This document shows positions 23,201-35,880 of a DNA stretch of 64,000 nucleotides, piece after piece. The DNA lies in assembly GCF_009914755.1 (NCBI RefSeq), contig NC_060940.1; one strand, written 5' to 3'. The position numbers and the translations under genes are program-made. Origin of the DNA: the human T2T-CHM13v2.0 reference genome, Homo sapiens. A model generated the notes under the pieces. It was not told the DNA's origin and ran no database searches. It saw only the letters and a list, made by a program, of their open reading frames with translations. Each line of letters begins with the position of its first letter. The first letter of the stretch is position 1.

Positions 23201-26200
23201 CAGGCCCCCCTGGATAATCCTCACCGTTACACTCAGGGCCCCCCTGGATAATCCTCACTGTTACACTCAGGGCCCCCCTGGATAATCCTCACTGTTACTC
23301 TCAGGCCCCCCTGGATAATCCTCACTGTTACTCTCAGGCCCCCCTGGATAATCCTCACCGTTACACTCAGGGCCCCCCTGGATAATCCTCACTGTTACAC
23401 TCAGGGCCCCCCGGATAATCCTCACTGTTGCACTCAGGGCCCCCCTGGATAATCCTCACTGTTACTCTCAGGCCCCCCTGGATAATCCTCACTGTTACTC
23501 TCAGGCCCCCCTGGATAATCCTCACTGTTACACTCAGGGCCCCCCGGATAATCCTCACTGTTACTCTCAGGCCCCCCTGGATAATCCTCACCGTTGCACT
23601 CAGGGCCCCCTGGATAATCCTCGCTGTTACTCTCAGGGCCCCCTGGATAATCCTCACTGTTGCACTCAGGGCCCCCCGGATAATCCTCGCTGTTACTCTC
23701 AGGGCCCCCCTGGATAATCCTCACTGTTACACTCAGGCCCCCCCGGATAATCCTCACTGTTACTCTCAGGGCCCCCCTGGATAATCCTCACCGTTGCACT
23801 CAGGGCCCCCTGGATAATCCTCACCGTTACACTCAGGGCCCCCCGGATAATCCTCACCGTTACACTCAGGGCCCCCCGGATAATCCTCATTGTTACACTC
23901 AGGGCCCCCCTGGATAATCCTCACTGTTACACTCAGGCCCCCCGGATAATCCTCACTGTTACACTCAGGGCCCCCCAGATAATCCTCACTGTTACACTCA
24001 GGGCCCCCCGGATAATCCTCACTGTTACACTCAGGGCCCCCCGGATAATCCTCACTGTTACACTCAGGCCCCCCGGATAATCCTCACTGTTACACTCAGG
24101 GCCCCCCGGATAATCCTCACTGTTACACTCAGGCCCCCCGGATAATCCTCACTATTACACTCAGGCCCCCCGGATAATCCTCATTGTTACACTCAGGGCC
24201 CCCCTGGATAATCCTCACTGTTACACTCAGGCCCCCCGGATAATCCTCACTGTTACACTCAGGACCCCCCTGGACAATCCTCACCGTTACACTCAGGCCC
24301 CCCGGATAATCCTCACTGTTACACTCAGGGCCCCCCTGGATAATCCTCACCGTTACTCTCAGGCCCCCCTGGATAATCCTCACCGTTACACTCAGGGTCC
24401 CTCTGATAATCCTCACTGTTACACTCAGGGCCCCCTGGATAATCCTCACTGTTACACTCAGGGCCCCCCTGGATAATCCTGTTACTCTCAGGGCACCTGG
24501 ATAATCCTCACTGTTACACTCAGGGCCCCCCTGGATAATCCTCACTGTTACTCTCAGGCCCCCTGGATAATCCTCACTGTTACACTCAGGGCCCCCCGGA
24601 TAATCCTCACTGTTACACTCAGGCCCCCCTGGATAATACTCACTGTTACTCTCAGGCCCCCCTGGATAATCCTCACTGTTGCACTCAGGGCCCCCCGGAT
24701 AATCCTCACTGTTACACTCAGGGCCCCCCGGATAATCCTCACTGTTACACTCAGGGCACCTGGATAATCCTCACTGTTACTCTCAGGCCCCCCTGGATAA
24801 TCCTCACTGTTGCACTCAGGGTCCCTCTGATAATCCTCACTGTTACACTCAGGGCCCCCTGGATAATCCTCACTGTTACACTCAGGGACCCCTGGATAAT
24901 CCTCACTGTTACTCTCAGGGCACCTGGATAATCCTCACTGTTACACTCAGGCCCCCTGGATAATCCTCACTGTTACACTCAGGGCCCCCCGGATAATCCT
25001 CACTGTTACACTCAGGCCCCCCTGGATAATCCTCACTGTTACTCTCAGGCCCCCCTGGATAATCCTCACTGTTGCACTTAGGGCCCCCCGGATAATCCTC
25101 ACTGTTACACTCAGGGCCCCCCGGATAATCCTCACTGTTACACTCAGGGCACCTGGATAATCCTCACTGTCACTCTCAGGCCCCCCTGGATAATCCTCAC
25201 TGTTGCACTCAGGGTCCCTCTGATAATCCTCACCGTTGCACTCAGGGCCCCCCGGATAATCCTCACTGTTACACTCAGGCCCCCCTGGATAATCCTCACT
25301 GTTACACTCAGGCCCCCTGGATAATCCTCACCGTTACACTCAGGGCCCCCTGGATAATCCTCACTGTTACTCTCAGGCCCCCCGGATAATCCTCACCGTT
25401 GCACTCAGGGCCCCCCTGGATAATCCTCACCGTTACACTCAGGGCCCCCCTGGATAATCCTCACCGTTACACTCAGGGCCCACCTGGATAATCCTCACCG
25501 TTGCACTCAGGGCCCCCCGGATAATCCTCACTGTTACACTCAGGCCCCCCTGGATAATCCTCACTGTTACACTCAGGCCCCCTGGATAATCCTCACCGTT
25601 ACTCTCAGGCGCCCCGGATAATCCTCACCGTTACACTCAGGGCCCCCCGGATAATCCTCACTGTTACTCTCAGGCCCCCCGGATAATCCTCACTGTTGCA
25701 CTCAGGGTCCCTCTGATAATCCTCACTGTTACACTCAGGGCCCCCCGGATAATCCTCACTGTTACACTCAGGGCCCCCCTGGATAATCCTCACTGTTACA
25801 CTCAGGCCCCCTGGATAATCCTCACTGTTACACTCAGGGCCCCCCTGGATAATCCTCACTGTTACACTCAGGGCCCCCCTGGATAATCCTCACTGTTACT
25901 CTCAGGCCCCCCGGATAATCCTCACTGTTGCACTCAGGGTCCCTCTGATAATCCTCACTGTTACACTCAGGGCCCCCTGGATAATCCTCACTGTTACTCT
26001 CAGGCCCCCCCGGATAATCCTCACTGTTACACTCAGGCCCCCCGGATAATCCTCACTGTTACACTCAGGGCCCCCGGATAATCCTCACTGTTACACTCAG
26101 GCCCCCCGGATAATCCTCACTGTTACACTCAGGGCCCCCCCCGGATAATCCTCACTGTTACACTCAGGGCCCCCCGGATAATCCTCACTGTTACTCTCAG

Positions 26201-27533
26201 GCCCCCCGGATAATCCTCACTGTTGCACTCAGGGTCCCTCTGATAATCCTCACTGTTACTCTCAGGCCCCCCAGATAATCCTCACCGTTGCACTCAGGGC
26301 CCCCTGGATAATCCTCACTGTTACACTCAGGCCCCCCTGGATAATCCTCACTGTTACACTCAGGGCCCCCCGGATAATCCTCACTTTTACACTCAGGCCC
26401 CCCTGGATAATCCTCACTGTTACACTCAGGGCCCCCTGGATAATCCTCACTGTTACACTCAGGGCCCCCCTGGATAATCCTCACTGTTACTCTTAGGCCC
26501 CCCGGATAATCCTCACTGTTGCACTCAGGGTCCCTCTGATAATCCTCGCTGTTACACTCAGGCCCCCCGGATAATCCTTACTGTTACACTCAGGCCCCCG
26601 GATAATCCTCACTGTTACACTCAGGGCCCCCCGGATAATCCTCACTGTTACTCTCAGGCCCCCCGGATAATCCTCACTGTTGCACTCAGGGTCCCTCTGA
26701 TAATCCTCGCTGTTACACTCAGGGCCCCCCTGGATAATCCTCACTGTTACACTCAGGCCCCCGGATAATCCTCACTGTTACACTCAGGGCCCCCCGGATA
26801 ATCCTCACTGTTACACTCAGAGCCCCCCTGGATAATCCTCACTGTTACTCTCAGGCCACCCGGATAATCCTCACCGTTGCACTCAGGGTCCCCCGGATAA
26901 TCCTCACTGTTACACTCAGGCCCCCCGGATAATCCTCACCGTTACACTCAGGGCCCCCCTGGATAATCCTCACTGTTACACTCAGGCCCCCCGGATAATC
27001 CTCACTGTTACACTCAGGGCCCCCGGATAATCCTCACTGTTACACTCAGGCCCCCCCTGGATAATCCTCACCGTTACACTCAGGGCCCCCCTGGATAATC
27101 CTCACTGTTACACTCAGGCCCCCCGGATAATCCTCACCGTTACACTCAGGGCCCCCCTGGATAATCCTCACTGTTACACTCAGGCCCCCCGGATAATCCT
27201 CACCGTTACACTCAGGGCCCCCCTGAATAATCCTCACTGTTACACTCAGGCCCCCCGGATAATCCTCGCCGTTACACTCAGGGCCCCCCTGGATAATCCT
27301 CACTGTTACACTCAGGCCCCCCGGATAATCCTCACTGTTACACTCAGGGCCCCCCTGGATAATCCTCACTGTTACACTCAGGCCCCCCGGATAATCCTCA
27401 CCGTTACACTCAGGGCCCCCCTGGATAATCCTCACCGTTACACTCAGGGCACCTGGATAATCCTCACTGTTACTCTCAGGCCCCCCGGATAATCCTCACC
27501 GTTGCACTCAGGGTCCCTCTGATAATCCTCGCT
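20265..27533. repeat. Large minisatellite/VNTR, unit 31-35 bp (GGATAATCCTCACTGTTACACTCAG(G)GCCCCCC), roughly 220 copies
   Basis: Directly visible tandem array of ~7.27 kb; copy number estimated as length divided by ~33 bp. Confidence 0.99.
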
Positions 27534-27669
27534 GACCTCTCCAGTGCAACTGTTGATTTAATCACACCTGCAAACACCCTTACCTTTTTGCCATATAAAG
27601 CCGCATTCACAGGTTCCAGGGATGAGGACAGGGACATCTTTTCAGGGGGCCGTGATCCAGCCCACCCCA
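27534..27669 (-). mobile_element. MLT1 LTR, part right of the VNTR
   Basis: ttaatcacacctgcaaacaccct...ccatataaagccgcattcacaggttccagggatgaggacagggacatcttttcagggggcc continues the same LTR. Confidence 0.85.
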
Positions 27670-28499
27670 GCCCCTGTGTGACTGTATTGACCATGTGTCC
27701 GTGAAGCCATCGGCCCGGGTGCCTGTTCGGGTGCAGGTTATAATGCTGAGCCTTTATCGCACACTTAGGAGGGCCTGGCTTCTGGAAGGTTCCGTGCTGC
27801 TGCTGGAGGGGCCGCCCCACGGAGCCCCTGCTGCTCTGCTTGTCTCTTGGCTGTTTCCAGGCCGAGCGCCCTTTTCCATTTTGAAGCCTGTGTGTTTCCG
27901 CACACCCTGCAACAAGCACGTGGAAGTGCCGCTCCCATCCGGGCAGCGGCCGCTGTGAGTGAGGTTGAGGCAGCGGGGCTGAGGGACCCCCATCTCCCAC
28001 GAGAGTGTGGGACACGGGGAACGAGGTGGGTTGAGGGTTGGGAAGCCAAGAGCTGAGTAGCTTTGGCGCTTTACCTAGGAGGAAGGCAGGGCCATGGAGG
28101 GAGGGTCCAGGAGGGAGGAGCTGCCTGAAGTTGGGGAGATTGATGTCACCATCTTCCCCAGCTGTGACCCCCAAGCATGGCGGCCTGCTCTCCCGGGTGA
28201 CCGTGGAGCACCATCTTCCATCACTAATGTCACTTACACCTTCAGGCGGCAAGGGCTGAGGGTGGGCTGAGGGTCCCGGTGGTCTCCAGACTTCCTTCAA
28301 CCCATGTCAGTAAAGTCACGTTAAGCACATGCTTCGCAAATGGACATAGTTACTTAGGTATCAATTACATACATGTACCACTGGCCTAGCAGACTGTACC
28401 TTATAAAACTGACCCCCAAACAGCAATTCAAAAAGGGGGTGAGGAATTTAACATAGAGAATCCTAATGGTTACTCCCAGAACCTCCAGGGCAAGGAGGG

Positions 28500-28869
28500 T
28501 GATATGGTTAGACTTTGTGTCCCCACCCAAATCTTGCCTTGAATTGTAATCCCCAGCTGTTGAGAGAGACACCTGGTGGGAGGTGACTAGATCATGGGGG
28601 TGGTTTTCCTTGTACTGTTCTCGTGATAGTGAGTGAGTTCTCGTGAGATCTGATGGTTTTATAACAGGCCCTTCCCCCTTTGCTCAGCACTTCTCCTTCC
28701 TGCTGTCTTGTGAAGAGGGCACCTTGCTTCTCTCTCACCTTCCGCCATGATTGTAAGTTCCTGAGGCCTCCCCAGCCATGCAGAACTGTGAATCCATTAA
28801 ACCCCTTTCCTTTATAAATAACCCAGTCTCAGGCAGTTCTTTATAGCAGTGTGAGAACGGACTAACACA
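28500..28869 (+). mobile_element. THE1 (C/D-like) MaLR solo LTR, complete
   Basis: Starts tgatatggttagactttgtgtccccacccaaatc and ends ttatagcagtgtgagaacggactaacaca; perfect 5-bp TSD gaggg at 28495-28499 and 28870-28874. Confidence 0.95.
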
Positions 28870-29387
28870 GAGGGTGTGCACAGCTGGCACTCCCCCATGG
28901 GCCCACGCTCCCCTTCCATGCCACAGGTCTATGGGATGAGGAGTCAAGCTAGACACAGAGCAGGGAGGGGGCATTTAGGGGACTTACTCGGAAACATCAG
29001 ATACTTTCACGTGCTGAGAAAGCTGGTATTTCGGGAACTGCATTGGTTGCTAAATCACTGCCATGGTCAGGTGTTTCTCCAACATCTATGTCAACAACCC
29101 ACAATATGGATTTCACATTTTATATCATGACGCAGGCCATGTACACATCTTCCCTGAAACAGCGCACACCCTTTCTCCACACCCACATCTCTCGCATTTT
29201 CTATTCTGTTTTGTGCCATGGAAAAAGACTACTGCCCTGACCCACAGAATGACATCGCCATGCCTTCGTGGGTCCCAACACCCACGCTCAGAAACACAGG
29301 TGTCAGGGCTTGTGCCCTGGGGCTTTGGAGAAGGGAGACAGCATCATAATTTTGATATGCATAGACATTAGTATGACTTTATTCTAG

Positions 29388-29991
<604 letters not shown>

Positions 29992-30009
29992 AGGACTTAA
30001 TTTTATATT

Positions 30010-30143
30010 TGTGTACCTTGTTTTCTCATCTTTTGGGTCCCCCTGGGGAGGGAGTGTGTCCTCTTCATGTCTACAGAGGACCTACAGCAGACGAAGTGCT
30101 AAATAGGACATGATGATGAATGAATGAATGAACAAATGAATGA
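30010..30143 (+). mobile_element. L2 3' tail
   Basis: Ends gtgctaaatagg...tgaatgaatgaacaaatgaatga. Confidence 0.5.
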
Positions 30144-30499
30144 CTATATAATGACTGTTACTGGTGGCTTCCAGGTGCTGAGGGCGTCCTGGGGTTTGCT
30201 ACGGCAAACTTGCCATCCTAGAGATGCAGAGCTGGCAAACCGGGTCCTCACCCTGAGATCCCTGGCTCTGCTCCCCGAAGGCAAGGCAGATGGCCGCCTT
30301 CTCAGCCCCCGTCCCCTACCAGCCAGGGCCCCGAGCAAACCCTTCTACAGCAGCTGGCCTCTGCTGACCCCGTGATCGGGATCTGCTCTGTTTGGAAGAA
30401 GATTCATTCCCTGTACAGTTGACGGCCCCACAGCAGAGCTGCGAGGGTGGGAGGCGCAGCCCGGGTCGGCCTCCAGAAACTTACGGCTTGTTCCCCCTG

Positions 30500-31110
30500 T
30501 CCTGGAGGTGCTGGCTGCCAAGCTGGCAGTGACAGTTTTATTGGCAGGCAGGCCCGCTAGAAGGATTGTAGGCTATTTACAGTGTTGAGGCCATGGCTTT
30601 GCAAGGAGACAGTTAACATAAATTCACATGATGGATCCGTTATCACTTCATTGAACTTGTGGCGGACCCATCGAAGGCCGAGCAATAACACACTGTTTCC
30701 TGGGTTTGCACAGCCCAGGGATACATTAAATACACTTTATTTATGGCTCACCATCGCGGCACTGTGGGCAGGAGAATGCAGCTTTTGCAACTATCGTCTA
30801 ATTTTATGATGAGCATTAAAGCCGGGCCTATAATTTGCACCTTTTTATTCATTAGACAGTGGTGCAGCCATAAGTCAAACAGGCCCAGGGATTTAGATGC
30901 CGATCCAGAAGATAAACTATTGACAAGCCAGATGTATTTTTACATTAGAGCGCCTTTACAATAGTTTATGTTGAGAGTGGAATATAAATTGCATTATTAA
31001 ATATGAACCGCTCTTGGAACCCGGCTCGCCAGCCTGCTGGAGGAGGGAGGGGCCCGGGGCCGGGAGCTGGGAGGGCCGCCTAATTTCTCAAGGTTGAATG
31101 TATAATTCTG
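30500..31110. promoter_or_regulatory. Strong candidate developmental enhancer / conserved non-coding element
   Basis: About 600 bp repeat-free AT-rich island: TGACAG 30530 abutting TTTTATTGG 30536, TATTTAC 30574, TGATGGAT 30629, TTTATGG 30740, TTTTATGA 30802, many TAAT/ATTA. Confidence 0.55.
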
Positions 31111-31532
31111 CTCTGTGGGGTTTCTCCGTTCAGAGCCCCCAAGTGGGAGCAAGTGGTGAGATGGGGTGGGGCCATGGGTTCAGAGCGGCTCCTCCCGAGC
31201 AGGTGGGAGTCCACCGGGCGGTGCTTTCTGCCCAGCTCCTTCCCGCAAGGAGGTGCAGCCCCTGCCACGTGGGATGCGGTGTGCCCACTTGCCCTCTAGG
31301 GGGAGCCCGGGTTGAGGGTGGCAACCTGTGGGGCCTGCCAGACTTTCAGGGGCCCATCACATCCTGTACATTTCAGCAGCCCTGCAGGTTTCCTTGCTAA
31401 GAGTTGCTAAGCAGGTTTCCTTGCTAAGATTCTTCATGGGAACCCAAGAGTCCCTGGCAAAATCCACTTTCGTGGAATTACAGGTTCCCTGGGTCACGGC
31501 TGACTTGAAGGCCCAAGAACTTGCATGGATCC

Positions 31533-32113
31533 CGGGGCTTCTCAACCTTAGCCCTGTGGAGTTTTTTGTTGGTGGTGGTTTTTCTTGTTTTGTTTTTTGT
31601 TTGTTTGTTTGTTTTTTTGTTTTTTGAGGCAGAGTCTCACTCTGTCCCCCAGGCCGGGGTGCAGTGGCACGATCATGGTCGCTGCAGCCTCAACCTCCCA
31701 GGCTCAAGTCATCCTCCCATCTCAGCCTCCTGGGTGGCTGGGAGTACAGGCACAAGCCACCATGCCCGGCTAATTTTTTTGTATTTTTTTGTAGAGCAGG
31801 TCTCACCATGTTGCCCAGGCTGGTCTCAAACTTATGGGCTCAATCGGTCCCCCGGCCTTGGCCTCCCAAAGTTACAAATTATAGTTCAAATTACAGGTGT
31901 GAGCCACCATGCCCAGCAGCCCTGTGGATATTTGGGTGAGATAATTTTGGGTGGTGGGGGCCATCCTGTGCACTGTTGGGTGTTTGCCACATTCCCAGCC
32001 TCAACCCCACTAGATGCCAGTAGCACTCACTCCCCGAGTTGTGACAACCAAAACATCTTTTGATATTGCCAGATGTCCCCCTGGGGGCAACATCACCCCC
32101 GGCTGACCACCTG
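31533..32113. mobile_element. MER20 (hAT-Charlie) interrupted by an Alu
   Basis: ttctcaacctta...gataattttgggtggtggggg...ccactagatgccagtagcac...gttgtgacaaccaaaa...tgtccccctgggggcaa. Confidence 0.9.
31561..31917 (-). mobile_element. AluJ inserted in MER20
   Basis: 11-bp TSD agccctgtgga at 31550-31560 and 31918-31928; long (GTTT)n tail. Confidence 0.95.
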
Positions 32114-32467
32114 CACAGCCTGTCAGGCCGCTAGTCTGCTGGAAGACCCGAGCTGGAAGAAGATCCTTGGCCTCTGTGTTCTCCCTGCAGCCTGGAGAGG
32201 GTCAGAGCACACGGTTTCGGACTCCCTCTGGCTCTAAGTGCCTGTGGTTTTAGAAGGGCCGCCCAGGTGTGTGTGCAGCATAGCGGTAGGAAGCTCACCT
32301 CTACCACTGCCTCCAGAGTGTCTGCATCAGCGGGTTAGGTGGCTCTGTTGCCCCATGGGTGGCCCAGGCCGCTTTGGCTGCCAGATGTCCCTGGGTATGG
32401 AAGGCTGGGGCCCAAGGCCAGTGGGAGAGGAGGGGGCGCTGGGCCCAGGCTATTCCCAAGGCTAGAG

Positions 32468-32946
32468 CAGAGGATCTCAGTGTCCCAGGGCATCAGCATC
32501 CGTCGCAGGACGTGTTACAGTCCTGAATGCTGGGCTGCACCCACAGCATTTCTGATTCCATGGGTCTGAGGCAGGGCTGAAGGCTGCATTTCTTTTTTCT
32601 TTTTCTTTTGAGATGGAGTCTCACTCTGTCGGCCGGGCTGGAGGGCAGGGGCTCGATCTCGGCTCACTGCAACCTCCGCCTCCCGAGTTCAAGCGATTCT
32701 CTGCCTCAGCCTTCCGAGTAGCTGGGATTACAGGGGTCTGCCACCATGCCCAGCTAATTTTTGTATTTTTAGTAGAGATGGGGTTTCACCATCTTGACCA
32801 GGCTGGTCTTGAACTCCTGACCTCGTGATCCACCCGCCTCAGCCTCCCAAAGTACTGGGATTACAGGCGTGAGCCACCGCGCCTGGCTGGAGGCTGCATT
32901 TCTAACAATGCCGCCATTGGCCCAAGGGCCACATTGCGAGTCACCA
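32468..32946. mobile_element. MER5A-like DNA transposon interrupted by an Alu
   Basis: catcagcatc...gctgggctgcacccacagcatttctgattccatgggtctg...ctgcatttctaaca. Confidence 0.7.
32594..32888 (-). mobile_element. AluS
   Basis: Full reverse Alu; TSD aggctgcatttct at 32581-32593 and 32891-32903. Confidence 0.96.
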
Positions 32947-33499
32947 TGCCAGACGGAGGCAGGTTGGGGAAATGTGCTCCGGGAAGCGTGCTGAGCAGTC
33001 TTTTTAGCTGCCATGAAGCCAGTAACATGCAAAGTCACAGAGGTGGGGCTGAAAGGTCCAACCTCCAAGGCATGGGACCCCAGGGTCGCCCCAGGCACGG
33101 CTCCCTCAGAAGCAGAGGATGATGCAGCCCACTCGCTGCCTTTCCTGGCACACTGCTTGTCTCGTCTACTGCTCTTTGGCCATCTCCTGTGTTTCTCCTG
33201 GCTGCCCATCCAGATCAGCCCTTAGCACAAGCCCCGCCTCCTCCAGGAAGCCCTCTCTGACTGCTGTAGCCCAGCCTGCTCAGGAACAGGCACACACAGG
33301 CCAGCAGCCTTCCTGCCCCTCCCAGGAGCCAGACCCAGCCTCTCAGCATAGAGAAGCCACTGCTGTCTGTGGGACGTTGGGGACAGGCACCATCAAGAGG
33401 ACACAGTCTAGTGCCAAAAGGAGAGAGAGTCCTTCCAAGGTACTGATGCAGGATCCCCCTGGCCACTATATGAGGAATAGAAAAAGGGGGACAAGCCGG

Positions 33500-33960
33500 C
33501 AAGCAGGGAGCCACCAGAAGACTGCTGCAGGGATCCAGGCAGGACCAGGGTGGCAGCTTTGTAGGGAGGGATTGGATTTGGGAAACGTTTTGAGCATAGA
33601 GCTGTCAGGATTTGCTGGCGGAGCAGAGGTGGGATAGGAGAGAGAGAGAACCTTAGAACATCTCCAAGTCTGTTGACTTGAGCGGCTGGAAGGTTAGTGT
33701 TGCCAGGAGGAGCAGGTTTGGGGGTGGGAGAGGCGCTGGAGCTCCGTCCTGGCCATGTGAGAGCTGCCGTGAGACACTGTGCGGAGATCCAACTGGCAGT
33801 TGGATATTTGAGTCTGGAGCTATGAATGTGGGCGTCCCAGCGCACAGATGGCGTGTAAAGCTGGGAGACTGGGGAGACACCTTGGGAGTGAGTGACGTGA
33901 TGGGAGCCCAGGCACCGAGCCTGGGGATTCTGACAGTCAGAGGCTGCCTTAGTCTCTGCA
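33500..33960 (-). mobile_element. L2 internal fragment
   Basis: ggatttgggaaacgttttgagcatagagctgtcaggatttgctgg...ggcagttggatatttgagtctggagc. Confidence 0.7.
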
Positions 33961-34006
33961 GGGACAGCAGTGAGGGTGCCCGGGCCCTGCCCTTACAAAA
34001 GGTTCA

Positions 34007-34395
<389 letters not shown>

Positions 34396-34434
34396 TTATG
34401 CCAGAACATGCCAGCCTTTCTCATGCCTCGGGTG

Positions 34435-34626
34435 CAGTCGTGTGCAACGGTGAATGCACGTTGGAATCAGCTGGGGATCTCTAAAAACCCCTCTGATGCC
34501 TGCCTCCCCCGCCCCGCCCCCACCCCTCCAAGACTCTGATGGAAATGGTCCGAGTAGGGCTTCTGCAGGGCCAGCCAGGAACTCCACAGGTGAAGTGGAG
34601 TGGGCAGCCAGGGCTGACCACCACTG
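34435..34626. mobile_element. MER5A-like fragment
   Basis: gaatcagctgggga...agactctgat...caggtga...gcagccagggctgaccaccactg. Confidence 0.55.
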
Positions 34627-34854
34627 CTCTGGGAGGGTCAGAGTCGGGGGGACTGGGCTGGAACAGAACTGAGGGACAGCAGGGGCAAAGTCTGAGCTAG
34701 GAAGGCCCCTCTGAGGCCCAGCTGGCAGTTATCATGGGTCTGTGAATGCTGAGCTTGACATCGGGGCCAGGGATGCTGAACAGAACAAGTCGCTGCCCTA
34801 AAGTGTCTAGAGGGGTCTGACGGGTGCCCTGGCAGACACTGAGCAGTGTGCTCA

Positions 34855-34973
34855 GGCCAGACGGGTGGTGGCTCATGCCTATAATCCCAGTGCTTTGGGA
34901 GGCTGAAGTAGGAGGACTGCTTGAAGCCAGGAGTTCGAAACCAGCCTGGGCAACACAGCGAGACCCCATTTCT
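34855..34973 (+). mobile_element. Alu left monomer (FLAM_C/AluJ-like)
   Basis: gtggtggctcatgcctataatcccagtgctttgggaggctga...agcctgggcaacacagcgagacccc. Confidence 0.85.
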
Positions 34974-35026
34974 TTTTGTGTGCTTTTTGTTTTTTGAGAC
35001 AGGGTTTTGCCCTGTCGCCCAGGTTG
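34974..35026 (-). mobile_element. Truncated Alu 3' end (tail plus ~30 bp)
   Basis: tttttttgagacagggttttgccctgtcgcccagg. Confidence 0.75.
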
Positions 35027-35029
35027 TCG

Positions 35030-35168
35030 CCCTAGTACCTCTGGAGGGAGTGTGGCCCTGCGGACACCTTGATTTCCAACTTTGGGTGTCCAGGATCGTG
35101 AGGGAACGTACTTCTGTTGATCTAAGCCACGCAGTTTGTAGCTCTGGCAGCCCTGGAAAGCTAACACA
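35030..35168 (+). mobile_element. MLT1 LTR 3' part
   Basis: ctggagggagtgtggccctgcggacaccttgatttc...cttctgttgatctaagccac...gcagccctggaaagctaacaca. Confidence 0.8.
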
Positions 35169-35579
35169 GGATCAGGCAGGATTTGCTTCTGTCTTGTCCT
35201 CCCTCCCCATCGCCATGTCTCCTCGGAGGAAGTCCCCGCTGCGGAGGACCCTGGGGCTTCCAGGGCCAAGGGGGGTGGCACCATTGCTCTCTGGTCACTC
35301 AGGGCCCATGTGCCTCCTTTGTGTCACCACCATGCGTCCTCCAGTGACGCGACTCACAAACACTGGAGGGCCTGCAGCAGATGAGGCCAGCCCACTCGGC
35401 CCACCGGGCATGCTGGTGCTCAGATTCCACTATGACCACACCTGTGATCCGTCAGCACTCTCAGGGGTGGCTAGCCAGCAGCTGCCTTCCCTTGGGGAGC
35501 CAAGGGCAGGTGGCTTCCTCTCGCCCTGGGTGGAGTGTAAGGGCCTCCCACCAGGACCTCTAGAGAGGCTGCAGGGCAC

Positions 35580-35750
35580 CCGGCCGCAGCCTGGAGCTGC
35601 AGTGCCGCGGGCCTCCACACGGGGGCGCCCCTACCGGCTGCGGCGGCGATGGCGGCTTCACCCGCGGTGTGAGACCGCGCTGTCCTGCAGGGGGCGCGCT
35701 GCAGTCGGCCTGCAGCGTCTGCGCCGCCACCGCCTGTGCCACGTGACGCT
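35580..35750 (+). promoter_or_regulatory. CpG-rich patch with two same-orientation CTCF-like motifs and a CACGTGAC E-box
   Basis: tgtcctgcagggggcgcgc 35681-35699 is a close match to CCASYAGRKGGCRS; cctccacacgggggcgccc 35612-35630 is preceded by upstream-motif-like tgcagtgcc 35598-35606; cacgtgac 35740-35747. Confidence 0.6.
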
Positions 35751-35754
35751 CTAG

Positions 35755-35880
35755 GCCTCAGTGGCCCCCTCTGTAAAATGGGAATCATAACAGAGCCTAC
35801 TGTTATTACCCGGGGGCGTTGGGAGGATTAAATGAATTGATATGTTTGGTGTTGAGCACAGAGCCCGGCACGCAGTGGGC
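35755..35880 (+). mobile_element. MIR fragment
   Basis: gcctcagt...tctgtaaaatgggaatcataacag...ggaggattaaatga. Confidence 0.75.

Noticed and set aside
20663-27435. Repetitive ORFs (RIIQGGPECNSEDYPGG...)
   Set aside because: They are translations of the VNTR; variable 31-35 bp unit lengths shift frame constantly and the starts are GTG codons inside the repeat
34921-35754. 277-aa ORF
   Set aside because: Starts in Alu sequence and crosses an MLT1 fragment and a CpG patch; a chance open frame
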